Shown here: positions 26,019 to 34,313 of the stretch, piece by piece | How the letters are laid out: each line of letters begins with the position of its first letter | How positions within the stretch are numbered: position 1 is the stretch's first letter | Source of the DNA: an uncultured Bacillota bacterium | GTDB taxonomy: Bacteria; Bacillota; Dehalobacteriia; UBA7702 | Direction: 5' to 3' | DNA length: 38,794 bases | Assembly (NCBI GenBank): GCA_902766525.1 | Contig: CACXDX010000179.1 | Span: 1 to 38,794 of the forward strand | Made by a program: the position numbers and the translations under genes | The notes under the pieces: model-generated | Told to the model about the DNA's origin: nothing | Database searches by the model: none | The model's input: the letters and a program-made list of their open reading frames with translations, nothing else

Positions 26019-28202
26019 TTAATCGAAAGTCGATCTTTCGTCGGTTTTTTCCTTAAAAGTAACGGTGATCATATCTCCTCTCACCGCGGAACTGCCGGCC
26101 TTGAGAGACTGATCCACACAGCAGCCGTTGCCGTCGGGAATAAAAACAAGACCCAACGCGGAACATATTTGCTCCGCCTCCAGCAAATTCATACCGCCGA
26201 GATCGGGAACTTCAAAGGAAGATCCCGTGGTTTCTCCCAATGTCAGCAGGATCGTACTGCCTTCTTTGACCTCGCTCAAAACACCGGGAGTCTGAGAGGT
26301 CACTTCTCCGCCGCTGCCGGTAAGGCGAACCTCAAAACCGATATCGGTCAAAATCGTTTTCGCTTCTTCGGCGGAAAGACCGATTACGGAAGGAACCATG
26401 ACCGTCGCAGAAGAAAGATCGGGCAAATCCGGCGTTTCTCCTTTTTCTTCCGCCTCTTTTTGCAGCTTTTCCGCTTCTTCGACACCGAATTGTGATTCCA
26501 CCCCGAGATAGACAAGGGCATCTTCCATGATCGCCCCGGCCACCGGCGCGGCGATGGTACCGCCGTAAACGGGGTAACTGCCCGGTTCATCAATAACGAC
26601 GAGACAAACGAGAGCCGGATCGTTCATCGGCGCGATGCCGATAAAGGAAGCGACATACTTTGATTTGGAATAGGATCCGTCAATAAACTTCTGAGCGGTC
26701 CCGGTTTTACCGCCGACACGGTACCCGGGAATATACGCTTTATTGCCGGTACCGTTGGCCACAACGCTTTCCAGGACAGCTCTGACGCGGCGCGATGTCT
26801 TCGCGCTGATCACCCGGCGGATCACCTTGGGCTTGATCTCTTCAACGGTTTCCCCGTCTTCCCGAATGATGCTCTTAACGAGGTGGGGTTCCATCAGCTT
26901 ACCGCCGTTAACGGCGGCGGATACGGCGGTGACAAGCTGGATCATCGTCACACCGTAACCCTGTCCGATATACATATTGGCTATATCAACACTGTTGACA
27001 TCGGCAGCGTTCGCATAAACACGCAAAGAGCCGCTGCTCTCTCCCGGCAAAGGGATCCCGGTCAGCTGCCCGATACCGAAACTTTTGAGATAGCGGTAAA
27101 ACGTCAGAGGGTCATCGGCATCTATTCTCTGGCCCACCTCGACAAAGGCGGGATTACAGGAATTTTCAGCCACCTCGACAAAGGTCTCACTGCCGTGAGG
27201 TTTTGAGGACCAACAACGGATCTTAACTTTGCCCACATTGATGAAGCCTCTGTCATAAAAGGTGTCTTTTTCGGAAACGACATTTTCCTCCAAAGCGGCG
27301 CTCATCGTCAGGATCTTTGCGGTGCTGCCGGGCTCATAGAAATCACTGACGGAGGTATTCCGCCATAGCGCGCTTTCATAGCTGCCGTATTCGTTGGGAT
27401 CGTATCCGGGACGGCAGGCCAAGGCCAATATTTCTCCGTTGGCGGGATCCATAACGATGGCGGAAACGCCTTTCGGCGCAACGGACCCGTTCATGACCGC
27501 ATCCAATTCACGTTCGCAGAAAAACTGGATATTTTCGTCAATCGTCAAAACGAGGCTGCTGCCGGAAGTCGGCTCCTGATAAGTTTTTACCGATCCCGCG
27601 ATCTCTTTGCCGTGACTGTCATAGCGGGCAAGGACAGCACCGTTTCTGCCGGATAATTCCCCATCGCGAATGGCCTCAATGCCTTCGAGCCCCTGATTAT
27701 CGATGCCGACGAAGCCCAAAACATGACATGCCAGCATGGCCTGGGGATAACTGCGCTTTGTTTCGGTGGTAAGACCGATTCCGTCGAGATCCGCTTTGCG
27801 CACTGCTTTCGCGCGCTCTTCATCGATCTTGCGGGCGATCCACTCAAAGGATCTTCCCGACGTAAGCTTTTTCAATATGCTTTTTTCATCTTTTCCGAGG
27901 ATATCTCCGAGGGCAGAGGCAATGGCCGCGGCTTTATCCGCGGAAATCTCCGTAGGACGGGCATAAACCGAGTCACAGGAGACGCTCAGAGCCAAAACAT
28001 TTCCGTTGCGGTCGAAGATCCTTCCTCTTTCCGCCTCAACGGGGATCTCCCGCAATTGCTGGGAGCTGCCTTTTTCGGCGAGTTCATCGGCGGAAATGAC
28101 CTGCAGGAACGAAAGACGCAAAATCAAGCTGAAAAAGAGCAGGAAAAAGAGGCAGAGCACCAACGCCAGCCGACGCCGGAGCTTCCAAGATACACGAGCC
28201 AA
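26019..28202 (-). CDS. ftsI: Class B penicillin-binding protein (FtsI/PBP2B-type) with two C-terminal PASTA domains
   Basis: N-terminal TM, dimerisation domain, transpeptidase motifs STAK, SCN and KTGT, and two PASTA-like repeats at the C-terminus. The only in-frame start after the upstream TGA is the TTG at 28202. Confidence 0.9.
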   Translation of the reverse strand: MARVSWKLRRRLALVLCLFFLLFFSLILRLSFLQVISADELAEKGSSQQLREIPVEAERGRIFDRNGNVLALSVSCDSVYARPTEISADKAAAIASALGDILGKDEKSILKKLTSGRSFEWIARKIDEERAKAVRKADLDGIGLTTETKRSYPQAMLACHVLGFVGIDNQGLEGIEAIRDGELSGRNGAVLARYDSHGKEIAGSVKTYQEPTSGSSLVLTIDENIQFFCERELDAVMNGSVAPKGVSAIVMDPANGEILALACRPGYDPNEYGSYESALWRNTSVSDFYEPGSTAKILTMSAALEENVVSEKDTFYDRGFINVGKVKIRCWSSKPHGSETFVEVAENSCNPAFVEVGQRIDADDPLTFYRYLKSFGIGQLTGIPLPGESSGSLRVYANAADVNSVDIANMYIGQGYGVTMIQLVTAVSAAVNGGKLMEPHLVKSIIREDGETVEEIKPKVIRRVISAKTSRRVRAVLESVVANGTGNKAYIPGYRVGGKTGTAQKFIDGSYSKSKYVASFIGIAPMNDPALVCLVVIDEPGSYPVYGGTIAAPVAGAIMEDALVYLGVESQFGVEEAEKLQKEAEEKGETPDLPDLSSATVMVPSVIGLSAEEAKTILTDIGFEVRLTGSGGEVTSQTPGVLSEVKEGSTILLTLGETTGSSFEVPDLGGMNLLEAEQICSALGLVFIPDGNGCCVDQSLKAGSSAVRGDMITVTFKEKTDERSTFD

Positions 28203-28340
28203 AAGCCATCATCCCTTCTCGGATTCTCGAAAAAGAATCTCCGGCAAGCATGGCTCCTTGAAACAAAGCGCGATTCTTTTCCGTCCTCCCGCAGCGAAAA
28301 AACGACATTACCATTACAGTATATGTTTTGACCGCTGCTT

Positions 28341-28628
28341 TCAGAAGTCGACGGCGATATATTCATAGTCTTCGTCTCCCGCCCGTACCATACCGATTTC
28401 CGCGGCAAAGGCTTCCAAGCGTTCGGAAGCGGAAAGCCGGGCGATCTTTTTGCTCAGGCTGTTATTCATCGCTTCCTCGGCGGCAATATCCGCCCTCAGA
28501 TCCGAGAGAAAAGCTCCCCGTTTATTGAGGGCGTCATCCCGGCAGAGACAAAGAAAAGAAAAAAACACAAAAGTTATAAGAAAGAGCAGGGGCAGGAAGA
28601 AACGGTGTCGAGAAAAGAAGAAGAACAA
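28341..28628 (-). CDS. ftsL: Cell division protein FtsL (single TM plus coiled coil)
   Basis: Position between rsmH and the PBP gene. It has one TM helix followed by a heptad-like segment (LRADIAAEEAMNNSLSKKIARLSASERLEAFA). The start appears to be the TTG at 28628, and there is no upstream in-frame ATG or GTG. Confidence 0.7.
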   Translation of the reverse strand: MFFFFSRHRFFLPLLFLITFVFFSFLCLCRDDALNKRGAFLSDLRADIAAEEAMNNSLSKKIARLSASERLEAFAAEIGMVRAGDEDYEYIAVDF

Positions 28629-28683
28629 AAGATCACCCGCCGTATGTTTTTCAAAAAAGAAGTGTACAGATCATACAGTATGT

Positions 28684-29622
28684 TTAAATCCGGGTACAAA
28701 CCCTGAGCTTGGCGCTGCGCGCTCTGGGATTGTCCGCCAATTCCTCTTCGGAAGGAAGAATGGGCTTGCGGGGCGTCAATTTTACCAGCCGTTTTTTGTC
28801 GCAGGTACAGATGACCTGCTCGGGCGGGCAAACACAATCCGTATAAAGATATTTGAAGGTATCTTTAACAATGCGATCTTCCAAAGAATGAAAGCTGATC
28901 ACCGCCAATTTACCGCCGGGGCGCAGCCGTTCCGCCGCGTCTTTGAGAGCGGGAGCGATAATATTCAATTCATCATTGACGGCAATGCGCAAAGCCTGAA
29001 AAGTTTTTTTGGCCGGATGATGGCCGCCGTCCCTGAATTTTTTGGGAATGGCCGCTTTAATGATCCGCACCAGTTCATCGGTGGTTTCCAGCGGTTTATC
29101 TTCTCTTGCTTCGCAAATGAAAGCCGCAATGCGTTTGGCCCAGCGTTCTTCACCGTAATTATAGATGAGTTCCGTCAGATCATCGGCGGAAAAAGTATTG
29201 ACGATGTCTTTCGCGGTCAAGCTCTCCCTTTCACGATCCATACGCATATCGAGCGGAGCGTCCCGCATATAGGAAAACCCCCGTTCTTCATGGTCAAGCT
29301 GAGGAGAAGAAATCCCGAGATCAAAAAGGAAACCATCAACCTTTTCATATCCGAAATTATCTAAAATATCGGAAAGATGAGAAAAGTTTTCCCAAACAAA
29401 AAGGACCCGTTCGCCGAAAGGCGCGAGCCGCTGTTCAGAGGCGTTAATAGCTTCACGGTCTCGATCGATGCCGATAACGGTAGCTTTGGGGCAGGCGGAA
29501 AGGATCGCTTCGGTATGGCCGCCGGCGCCGAGGGTGCAATCGACGTAGACGCCGTCCGCCAAAGTAACCAACTCCGACACGGTTTCGCGAAGTAATACCG
29601 GCTTATGAAAAAAAGCATTCAT
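28684..29622 (-). CDS. rsmH: 16S rRNA (cytosine1402-N4)-methyltransferase
   Basis: HKPVLLRETVSEL, DCTLGAGGHTEAIL and FDLGISSPQLD motifs. Confidence 0.95.
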   Translation of the reverse strand: MNAFFHKPVLLRETVSELVTLADGVYVDCTLGAGGHTEAILSACPKATVIGIDRDREAINASEQRLAPFGERVLFVWENFSHLSDILDNFGYEKVDGFLFDLGISSPQLDHEERGFSYMRDAPLDMRMDRERESLTAKDIVNTFSADDLTELIYNYGEERWAKRIAAFICEAREDKPLETTDELVRIIKAAIPKKFRDGGHHPAKKTFQALRIAVNDELNIIAPALKDAAERLRPGGKLAVISFHSLEDRIVKDTFKYLYTDCVCPPEQVICTCDKKRLVKLTPRKPILPSEEELADNPRARSAKLRVCTRI

Positions 29623-29693
29623 CTGTCATACACCCAATTCAATATTGATGGCAAAAAAGAAAGGAGAAAAAACGGCGACTTACCGAAAGTCGA

Positions 29694-30140
29694 TCAGAAG
29701 CCGAAAATCTCCATTCCGTTATTGATATCCATTGTCTCGGCATTTTCTTCACAATACGCCTGCCAGCGATCTGCTGTCCAAACTTCGATACGATTGGCAA
29801 CGCCGAGAATGACTACTTCCATTCTGTCAACAAAACCGGCGTATTCCCGAAGATTGGCGGGAATCAGCACACGCCCCATGGCGTCAAGTTCTCCATCGGA
29901 GGCCGAAGGGAAAATCTGACGGGCAAAAGCACGGCCGACGGCTTTGTTAAAATCGTTGTTATCCTGAAGAAGGTCTTCCATCCGCTCCCATTCCGCCATG
30001 GTATATATGGCAAGACAGCCATCGGCGCCTTTGGCAAAAATAAACTTTTCGCCCAGCTCCTCACGGAATTTGGCGGGAATGCTCATGCGACCCTTTTTAT
30101 CGATGGTATGACGGTATTCACCGCGAAAGCGTGCCGACAC
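29694..30140 (-). CDS. mraZ: Transcriptional regulator MraZ
   Basis: Two SpoVT-AbrB-like repeats (DKKGRMSIPAKFREEL; DAMGRVLIPANLREYA). GTG start at 30140 with AAGGAGGGAG 4 nt upstream. Confidence 0.93.
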   Translation of the reverse strand: MSARFRGEYRHTIDKKGRMSIPAKFREELGEKFIFAKGADGCLAIYTMAEWERMEDLLQDNNDFNKAVGRAFARQIFPSASDGELDAMGRVLIPANLREYAGFVDRMEVVILGVANRIEVWTADRWQAYCEENAETMDINNGMEIFGF

Positions 30141-30306
30141 GGGACTCCCTCCTTTCCGCGGATTGATAAAATAAAACAGATACGAGAATCCCTGACCTGC
30201 TATGAGCGAGACAGGGAAGAATATGTAAAGAAATGGAACCGCCGGAAAGGAAATGTCGGATCATTCGCGAATTTCGATCATTACGACGAAAAGGACGGAA
30301 AGCTCG

Positions 30307-30348
30307 CAAAAAAAACAAAGTAGGAGGGAGCTTCGGGAACGCTCCCTC
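30307..30348 (-). terminator. Terminator/attenuator-like hairpin inside the mraZ leader
   Basis: Minus strand reads GAGGGAGC-gttcccgaa-GCTCCCTC followed by ctactttgTTTTTTTT. The U-run starts 8 nt after the stem, so this is at best an imperfect terminator. Confidence 0.35.
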
Positions 30349-30540
30349 ACCTGCTTGTAGCTCCGTTTTCTCTATCAAACGACGCGAGCGCAGTTTGTTT
30401 CATTTTCACTTTCAGGAGCATTTTGGAGCATTTGGCAGTTCCAAAAGGTTTGTCTGGAGGAACCGGGGCAGAAGGACGGATGATTCTGCCCCGGCTTTGG
30501 GGGATCTCCCTGCGATACGGGGAGATAAGGCAGTTTCCTT

Positions 30541-30575
30541 CTGCGGTAAATCAATGCCGCAGTTTTTTCATTTTC
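30541..30575 (+). terminator. Plus-strand intrinsic terminator with no annotated plus-strand gene upstream
   Basis: CTGCGG (30541-30546) / CCGCAG (30557-30562) followed by TTTTTTCATTTTC. On the minus strand the same hairpin is followed by AAGGAAAC, with no U-run. Confidence 0.45.
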
Positions 30576-30659
30576 GCTTCTTTTTGCTCTTGAAGCTTAT
30601 ATCTCCGTGGCAAAAAAATCATGAAAGGGAAAAATGATCAAATTTCCTTAAAATTTGAT

Positions 30660-30696
30660 CCACTTTATGCCACTTTCTACAACTTTAAACCACTTT
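30660..30696 (-). promoter_or_regulatory. Array of four phased MraZ-box-like direct repeats (AAAGTGG x3, AAAGTTG x1; exact 10-bp period)
   Basis: Plus strand has CCACTTT at 30660, 30670 and 30690, and CAACTTT at 30680. The array lies immediately downstream of the -10 element on the minus strand. Confidence 0.75.
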
Positions 30697-30702
30697 GCTA
30701 TT

Positions 30703-30731
30703 ATAATACATTAAAAATTGGGATTTGGCAA
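30703..30731 (-). promoter_or_regulatory. Sigma-A-type promoter (candidate Pmra)
   Basis: Minus strand reads TTGCCA (30731-30726), 17-nt spacer, TATTAT (30708-30703). Confidence 0.6.
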
Positions 30732-30959
30732 GCATTTTTTATAAAAAAATTTTTTTAATCGTAAAAATCATTTTAAGCAGACGAAAAAACTTGTGATCTC
30801 AGACACAAAAATGATGATTTTTCCCCGCTTTACGTTTTTCCTTTCGGCAAAAGCAATCGTAAAAACCCGCTCCGATCAAAAGAGCTGTAAAAAAAAGGTA
30901 GACCCTCTCTTTGATTTTTAGTATAATAAACAACAGAAACCAACTCAAAGGAGATATCC

Positions 30960-31535
30960 ATGTCCGATACTGTTTTTCAATTCCTATCCGGTCTGCCGAT
31001 GCAGTGGATCGTTCTGATCTCCGCGGCCATTCCCATCACTGAGCTGAGGGCGGATATCCCCTTTGGCATCGCCGGCGGTCTTTCTCCGCTCACGGCTTAT
31101 ATCTTCGGAGTTATCGGTAACCTGATCCCGATTCCCTTCATCCTGGCGATGTGGCCTCTGATCTATAAAATTTTCGATAAGATTCCCTTTACCCGCGGCG
31201 TCCTTCATCGTTTCGTCGACAGAGCACGGGAAAAAGGCAAGACCATTCAAAAAAAAGGCGTCATCGGTTTAACCATTTTCGTCGGCATCCCTTTACCGGT
31301 CACCGGCGTTTGGACCGGATCGCTTATCAGCTTTATGCTGGGGCTGCCGCCGCTGAAAGCGGCTGCGGCGATGACCTTGGGGGCAATGATCTCGGGCACC
31401 ATCGTCACGGCGGTCACCCTGGGTTTCGTCAATGCCGCCGGCAGTTTCGGCGTAGGCAAAGCTTTGCTGCTCCTCGCCGTATTCTTCGCTGTCGTCTACA
31501 TCGCATATAAAATCATCAAAAAGAAAAATCAATAA
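30960..31535 (+). CDS. Small membrane protein, COG2426 / putative small multidrug export family
   Basis: PITELRADIPFGIAGG...GNLIPIPFIL pattern, four to five TM segments. AAAGGAG SD upstream of the ATG. Confidence 0.6.
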   Translation: MSDTVFQFLSGLPMQWIVLISAAIPITELRADIPFGIAGGLSPLTAYIFGVIGNLIPIPFILAMWPLIYKIFDKIPFTRGVLHRFVDRAREKGKTIQKKGVIGLTIFVGIPLPVTGVWTGSLISFMLGLPPLKAAAAMTLGAMISGTIVTAVTLGFVNAAGSFGVGKALLLLAVFFAVVYIAYKIIKKKNQ

Positions 31536-31553
31536 AAGCTCTTGCAGGCAAAC

Positions 31554-31582
31554 TTGACAGAAATCTTTTTTTCCTTTATTAT
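31554..31582 (+). promoter_or_regulatory. Sigma-A-type promoter for the 31642 gene
   Basis: TTGACA (31554-31559), 17-nt spacer, TATTAT (31577-31582). Confidence 0.55.
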
Positions 31583-31641
31583 AAATTATTGTAACTGATT
31601 GCGTTTTTTCGATTATATGCTCTATCGGAGGTTATTGATCT

Positions 31642-32325
31642 ATGTTTATTGAAGGTCTGCGCCGCGCGAAAAATAAGTGGCGTATCGTCGTCGGGATCCT
31701 GATGGGTCTCATTATCATCTCTTTGCTGTTGACCTTTGCCAATTTCGGCAATAAAGTGGATTCCTCGGGGATTGCCGCGGATTCTTCTCCTCTCGGTGTT
31801 GCGGAAACCACCGCCGAAAACACCGCATCATCCGCAAAAGCCGCCGACGGCGATATGACCGTTCAGGGTGAAGCAGCCGCGGCCTATTTGAGTCTCGCCG
31901 CTTATCAGAATTTATATTTGGAAGATCCCGCGGAATCCTATGAAAAAGCCCTGGTCTACGCCAAAAATATGGTGGAAGCCTGCGGTAGCGTGGAAGACCC
32001 CGATTACGAAACGGCCTATACTTATGAGATCAGCGCTCTCGCCGGAATCGGTGACGCCGAAAAACTCTCCGCGGCATTCAACGAAAGCCTGAGCCATGTC
32101 GAACTGTCTCAGGGCTATCTCCAAACTTACGCTCAGGCCATGATGAAGCTGAACGCCAACGAACAGCTGATTACCGATCTTACCGCCGCGCAAAAACAAG
32201 CCGCGGCCGACTCCGACAAAAAAAGCGATAATGCGGAAAACGATGAAGAAACCGCCGTCAGCGAAGAGCCTCAGGATTTGTCCTCTTATATCGATACCCT
32301 GATCACTCAGGCGAAAGAACAATAA
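31642..32325 (+). CDS. Hypothetical membrane-anchored protein (N-terminal TM, Ala-rich helical ectodomain, acidic tail)
   Basis: GGAGG SD. Single TM IVVGILMGLIIISLLLTF. I recognise no family. Confidence 0.6.
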   Translation: MFIEGLRRAKNKWRIVVGILMGLIIISLLLTFANFGNKVDSSGIAADSSPLGVAETTAENTASSAKAADGDMTVQGEAAAAYLSLAAYQNLYLEDPAESYEKALVYAKNMVEACGSVEDPDYETAYTYEISALAGIGDAEKLSAAFNESLSHVELSQGYLQTYAQAMMKLNANEQLITDLTAAQKQAAADSDKKSDNAENDEETAVSEEPQDLSSYIDTLITQAKEQ

Positions 32326-32344
32326 AAAAACTACCCGATATTTT

Positions 32345-32379
32345 AAAGAAGCGTTCTTTTTCAAGAACGCTTCTTTTTT
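32345..32379. terminator. Bidirectional intrinsic terminator
   Basis: 11-bp stem AGAAGCGTTCT (32347-32357) / AGAACGCTTCT (32364-32374) followed by a T-run. It abuts the stop codon of the convergent LysM gene. Confidence 0.75.
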
Positions 32380-33224
32380 CAGATCAACGCGCAGCCGCTG
32401 CGCATCATCAGCCGTATCGACACACCGTCGGGAATCGTCCCCTTTGCGAACTCGGGGTTGAGCTCCGAAAGATCATCCAAATCCTGATCGTAGAGAGCGG
32501 CAATATCCGCCAGAGTCTGCCCTCCTTCGGCAATATGAGGCCCGGGGACGCTCAAAACCTGTTCCGGATAGATGAGATCGGGATCTTTGATCTCCGGATT
32601 GGCCAGCGTCAAAGCGGAAATGGGAATATGGTAACGATGGGCAATGCGATAGAGACTGTCACCGGCACGAACGACGTAAATACCGATATCGCCGTTGTCC
32701 CGCCGGGGGATCGCCACTTTCTCCACCTCGGAAAGTTCCTCACTGTCATCGATATCGGGATTTGCCATCAGCAAGGCCTCCAGACCGACGCCGTACAGCG
32801 CCGCGATGGCGTAGAGACTTTCACCGTGACGACGATGATAGAAACCCGGAAGATAGATCTGCTCGCCTCCTTTTAACTCAACCGTATAGAGCTGACGATT
32901 CACGGCGCTCAGCGTCTCGGCGCCGATACCGAAACGACGGGCAATGCTTTTGATCGTATCACCGGCTTCCGCCGCGGTTACCGCGCCGCGGTTAACGTCA
33001 AGACCGTGCGTATCCCGATCTCCGCAGTCATTTTTATCATTTTCCGACCATTGAGAATTATCGTCCTTATCTTCATCAACGGGGATCAAAACCTTATCCC
33101 CGGGGTAGATTTTATTGGGATCGCGGATTTGAGGATTCGCGATCAGCAAAGATTCTAAGCTGATCCCGTTTTTTCTGGCAATCTGCCAAAGGGTATCGTT
33201 GCTCTTCACGGTCACCATTCGCAT
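32379..33224 (-). CDS. Protein with five LysM peptidoglycan-binding repeats and no signal peptide
   Basis: Five repeats of the LysM pattern (for example VKSNDTLWQIARKNGISLESLLIANPQI...PGDKVLIP). The N-terminus starts directly with a LysM repeat. Confidence 0.8.
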   Translation of the reverse strand: MRMVTVKSNDTLWQIARKNGISLESLLIANPQIRDPNKIYPGDKVLIPVDEDKDDNSQWSENDKNDCGDRDTHGLDVNRGAVTAAEAGDTIKSIARRFGIGAETLSAVNRQLYTVELKGGEQIYLPGFYHRRHGESLYAIAALYGVGLEALLMANPDIDDSEELSEVEKVAIPRRDNGDIGIYVVRAGDSLYRIAHRYHIPISALTLANPEIKDPDLIYPEQVLSVPGPHIAEGGQTLADIAALYDQDLDDLSELNPEFAKGTIPDGVSIRLMMRSGCALI

Positions 33225-33551
33225 AATGCATCATCCTTTAAAAAGTTTTCAAAAAATCCTATGCCAAAAAAAATTAAATATTTCTTTCTTTTTTTCTCTC
33301 TCAAATAAAAAAAAATGACTTTTTTCTGCCCATCTTCCGAAAAATACGCATCATGCTGGTGTTTTTCATTAAAATTAATTTTACGGAAAAACAAATGCAA
33401 AGTGAAAACAATTATTCAAACATTTTAGAGCAATATTTTTGATATAAATATTTCAGTGCCGACTTTATTTTTCGTTCAAAAAGTGAGATAATAAAGCTAC
33501 AAAGTAGTGTGTAAAAAAAAACAAAGCACACATATAGGAGGTTTTTTTATT

Positions 33552-34178
33552 ATGGCAACTTTAGAATCCGTATCCAATTGTGTTGTAACCGGTAACATCG
33601 GCGCTGTCGGCGGCGAAGTTCAGGCTCTCATCGACGGCGGTGTCGCTCCTGCCGACATCATCAACGACGGTCTTATCGCCGGTATGAACATCGTCGGCCC
33701 CAAATTCAAAGCCGGTGAAATGTTCGTTCCCGAAGTCCTCATGGCTGCTAAAGCTATGGCTGCCGGTGTTGATCTCGTAAAACCCTTGCTCGGCGGCGAT
33801 GATATGCCTTCCCTCGGCAAAGTCGTTCTCGGTACCGTTAAAGGTGACCTTCATGACATCGGCAAAAACCTCGTTGGCATGATGCTCGAATCCACCGGTT
33901 TTGAAGTCGTCAACGTCGGCATCGACGTTGCTCCCGAAAAATTCTTGGAAGCCGCTAAAGAATCCGGTGCTACCATCGTTGCTATGTCCGCTCTTCTGAC
34001 CACCACCATGCTGGCCATGAAAGAAACCGTTGATCTCTTCAAAGAAAACGGCATGGACACCAAGCTCATCGTCGGCGGCGCCCCTGTCTCCCAGGAATTC
34101 GCTGATGAAATCGGTGCTTCCGGTTTCGCTCCCGATGCTGCTACCGCTTGCGATCTCTGCAAAGAATTGCTTGCCTAA
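33552..34178 (+). CDS. Corrinoid (cobalamin-binding) protein, MtaC/MtbC/MetH-B12-domain-like
   Basis: ORF 33507..34178. I set the start at the ATG at 33552 after AGGAGG. It has an N-terminal helical cap, then DxHxxG (GDLHDIGKN), SxL (MSALL) and GG (VGGAP) motifs. Codon choice is very biased. Confidence 0.85.
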   Translation: MATLESVSNCVVTGNIGAVGGEVQALIDGGVAPADIINDGLIAGMNIVGPKFKAGEMFVPEVLMAAKAMAAGVDLVKPLLGGDDMPSLGKVVLGTVKGDLHDIGKNLVGMMLESTGFEVVNVGIDVAPEKFLEAAKESGATIVAMSALLTTTMLAMKETVDLFKENGMDTKLIVGGAPVSQEFADEIGASGFAPDAATACDLCKELLA

Positions 34179-34197
34179 TCGGTTTAAATCGGTAAAT

Positions 34198-34232
34198 AAA
34201 AAAGAGACGATCTTTGGATCGTCTCTTTTTTT
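34198..34232 (+). terminator. Intrinsic terminator after the corrinoid protein gene
   Basis: AGAGACGATC-tttg-GATCGTCTCT followed by TTTTTT. Confidence 0.8.
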
Positions 34233-34313
34233 CACCGTTGACCGGCGCTTACATACGGCAACATATATAGAAATATATAATTATCACGTTTTTTCAAAAG
34301 AGGACATGATCTC

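Noticed and set aside
30258-30350. 29-codon GTG ORF on the minus strand (MRERSRSSLLLCFFCELSVLFVVMIEIRE) with a hydrophobic core, superficially like a type I toxin, lying opposite a possible antisense transcript
   Set aside because: The hydrophobic stretch is encoded largely by the T-run of the terminator-like element. The SD (GGAG) sits 10 nt from a GTG. I have no conservation evidence, so this is too speculative to call.
30233-30637. 134-aa plus-strand ORF and 86-aa minus-strand ORF (30118..30378) in the mraZ upstream region
   Set aside because: Neither has an SD. The predicted proteins are Arg/Lys/Phe-rich nonsense with no domain resemblance. The 86-aa ORF runs into mraZ out of frame. I treat the region as non-coding.
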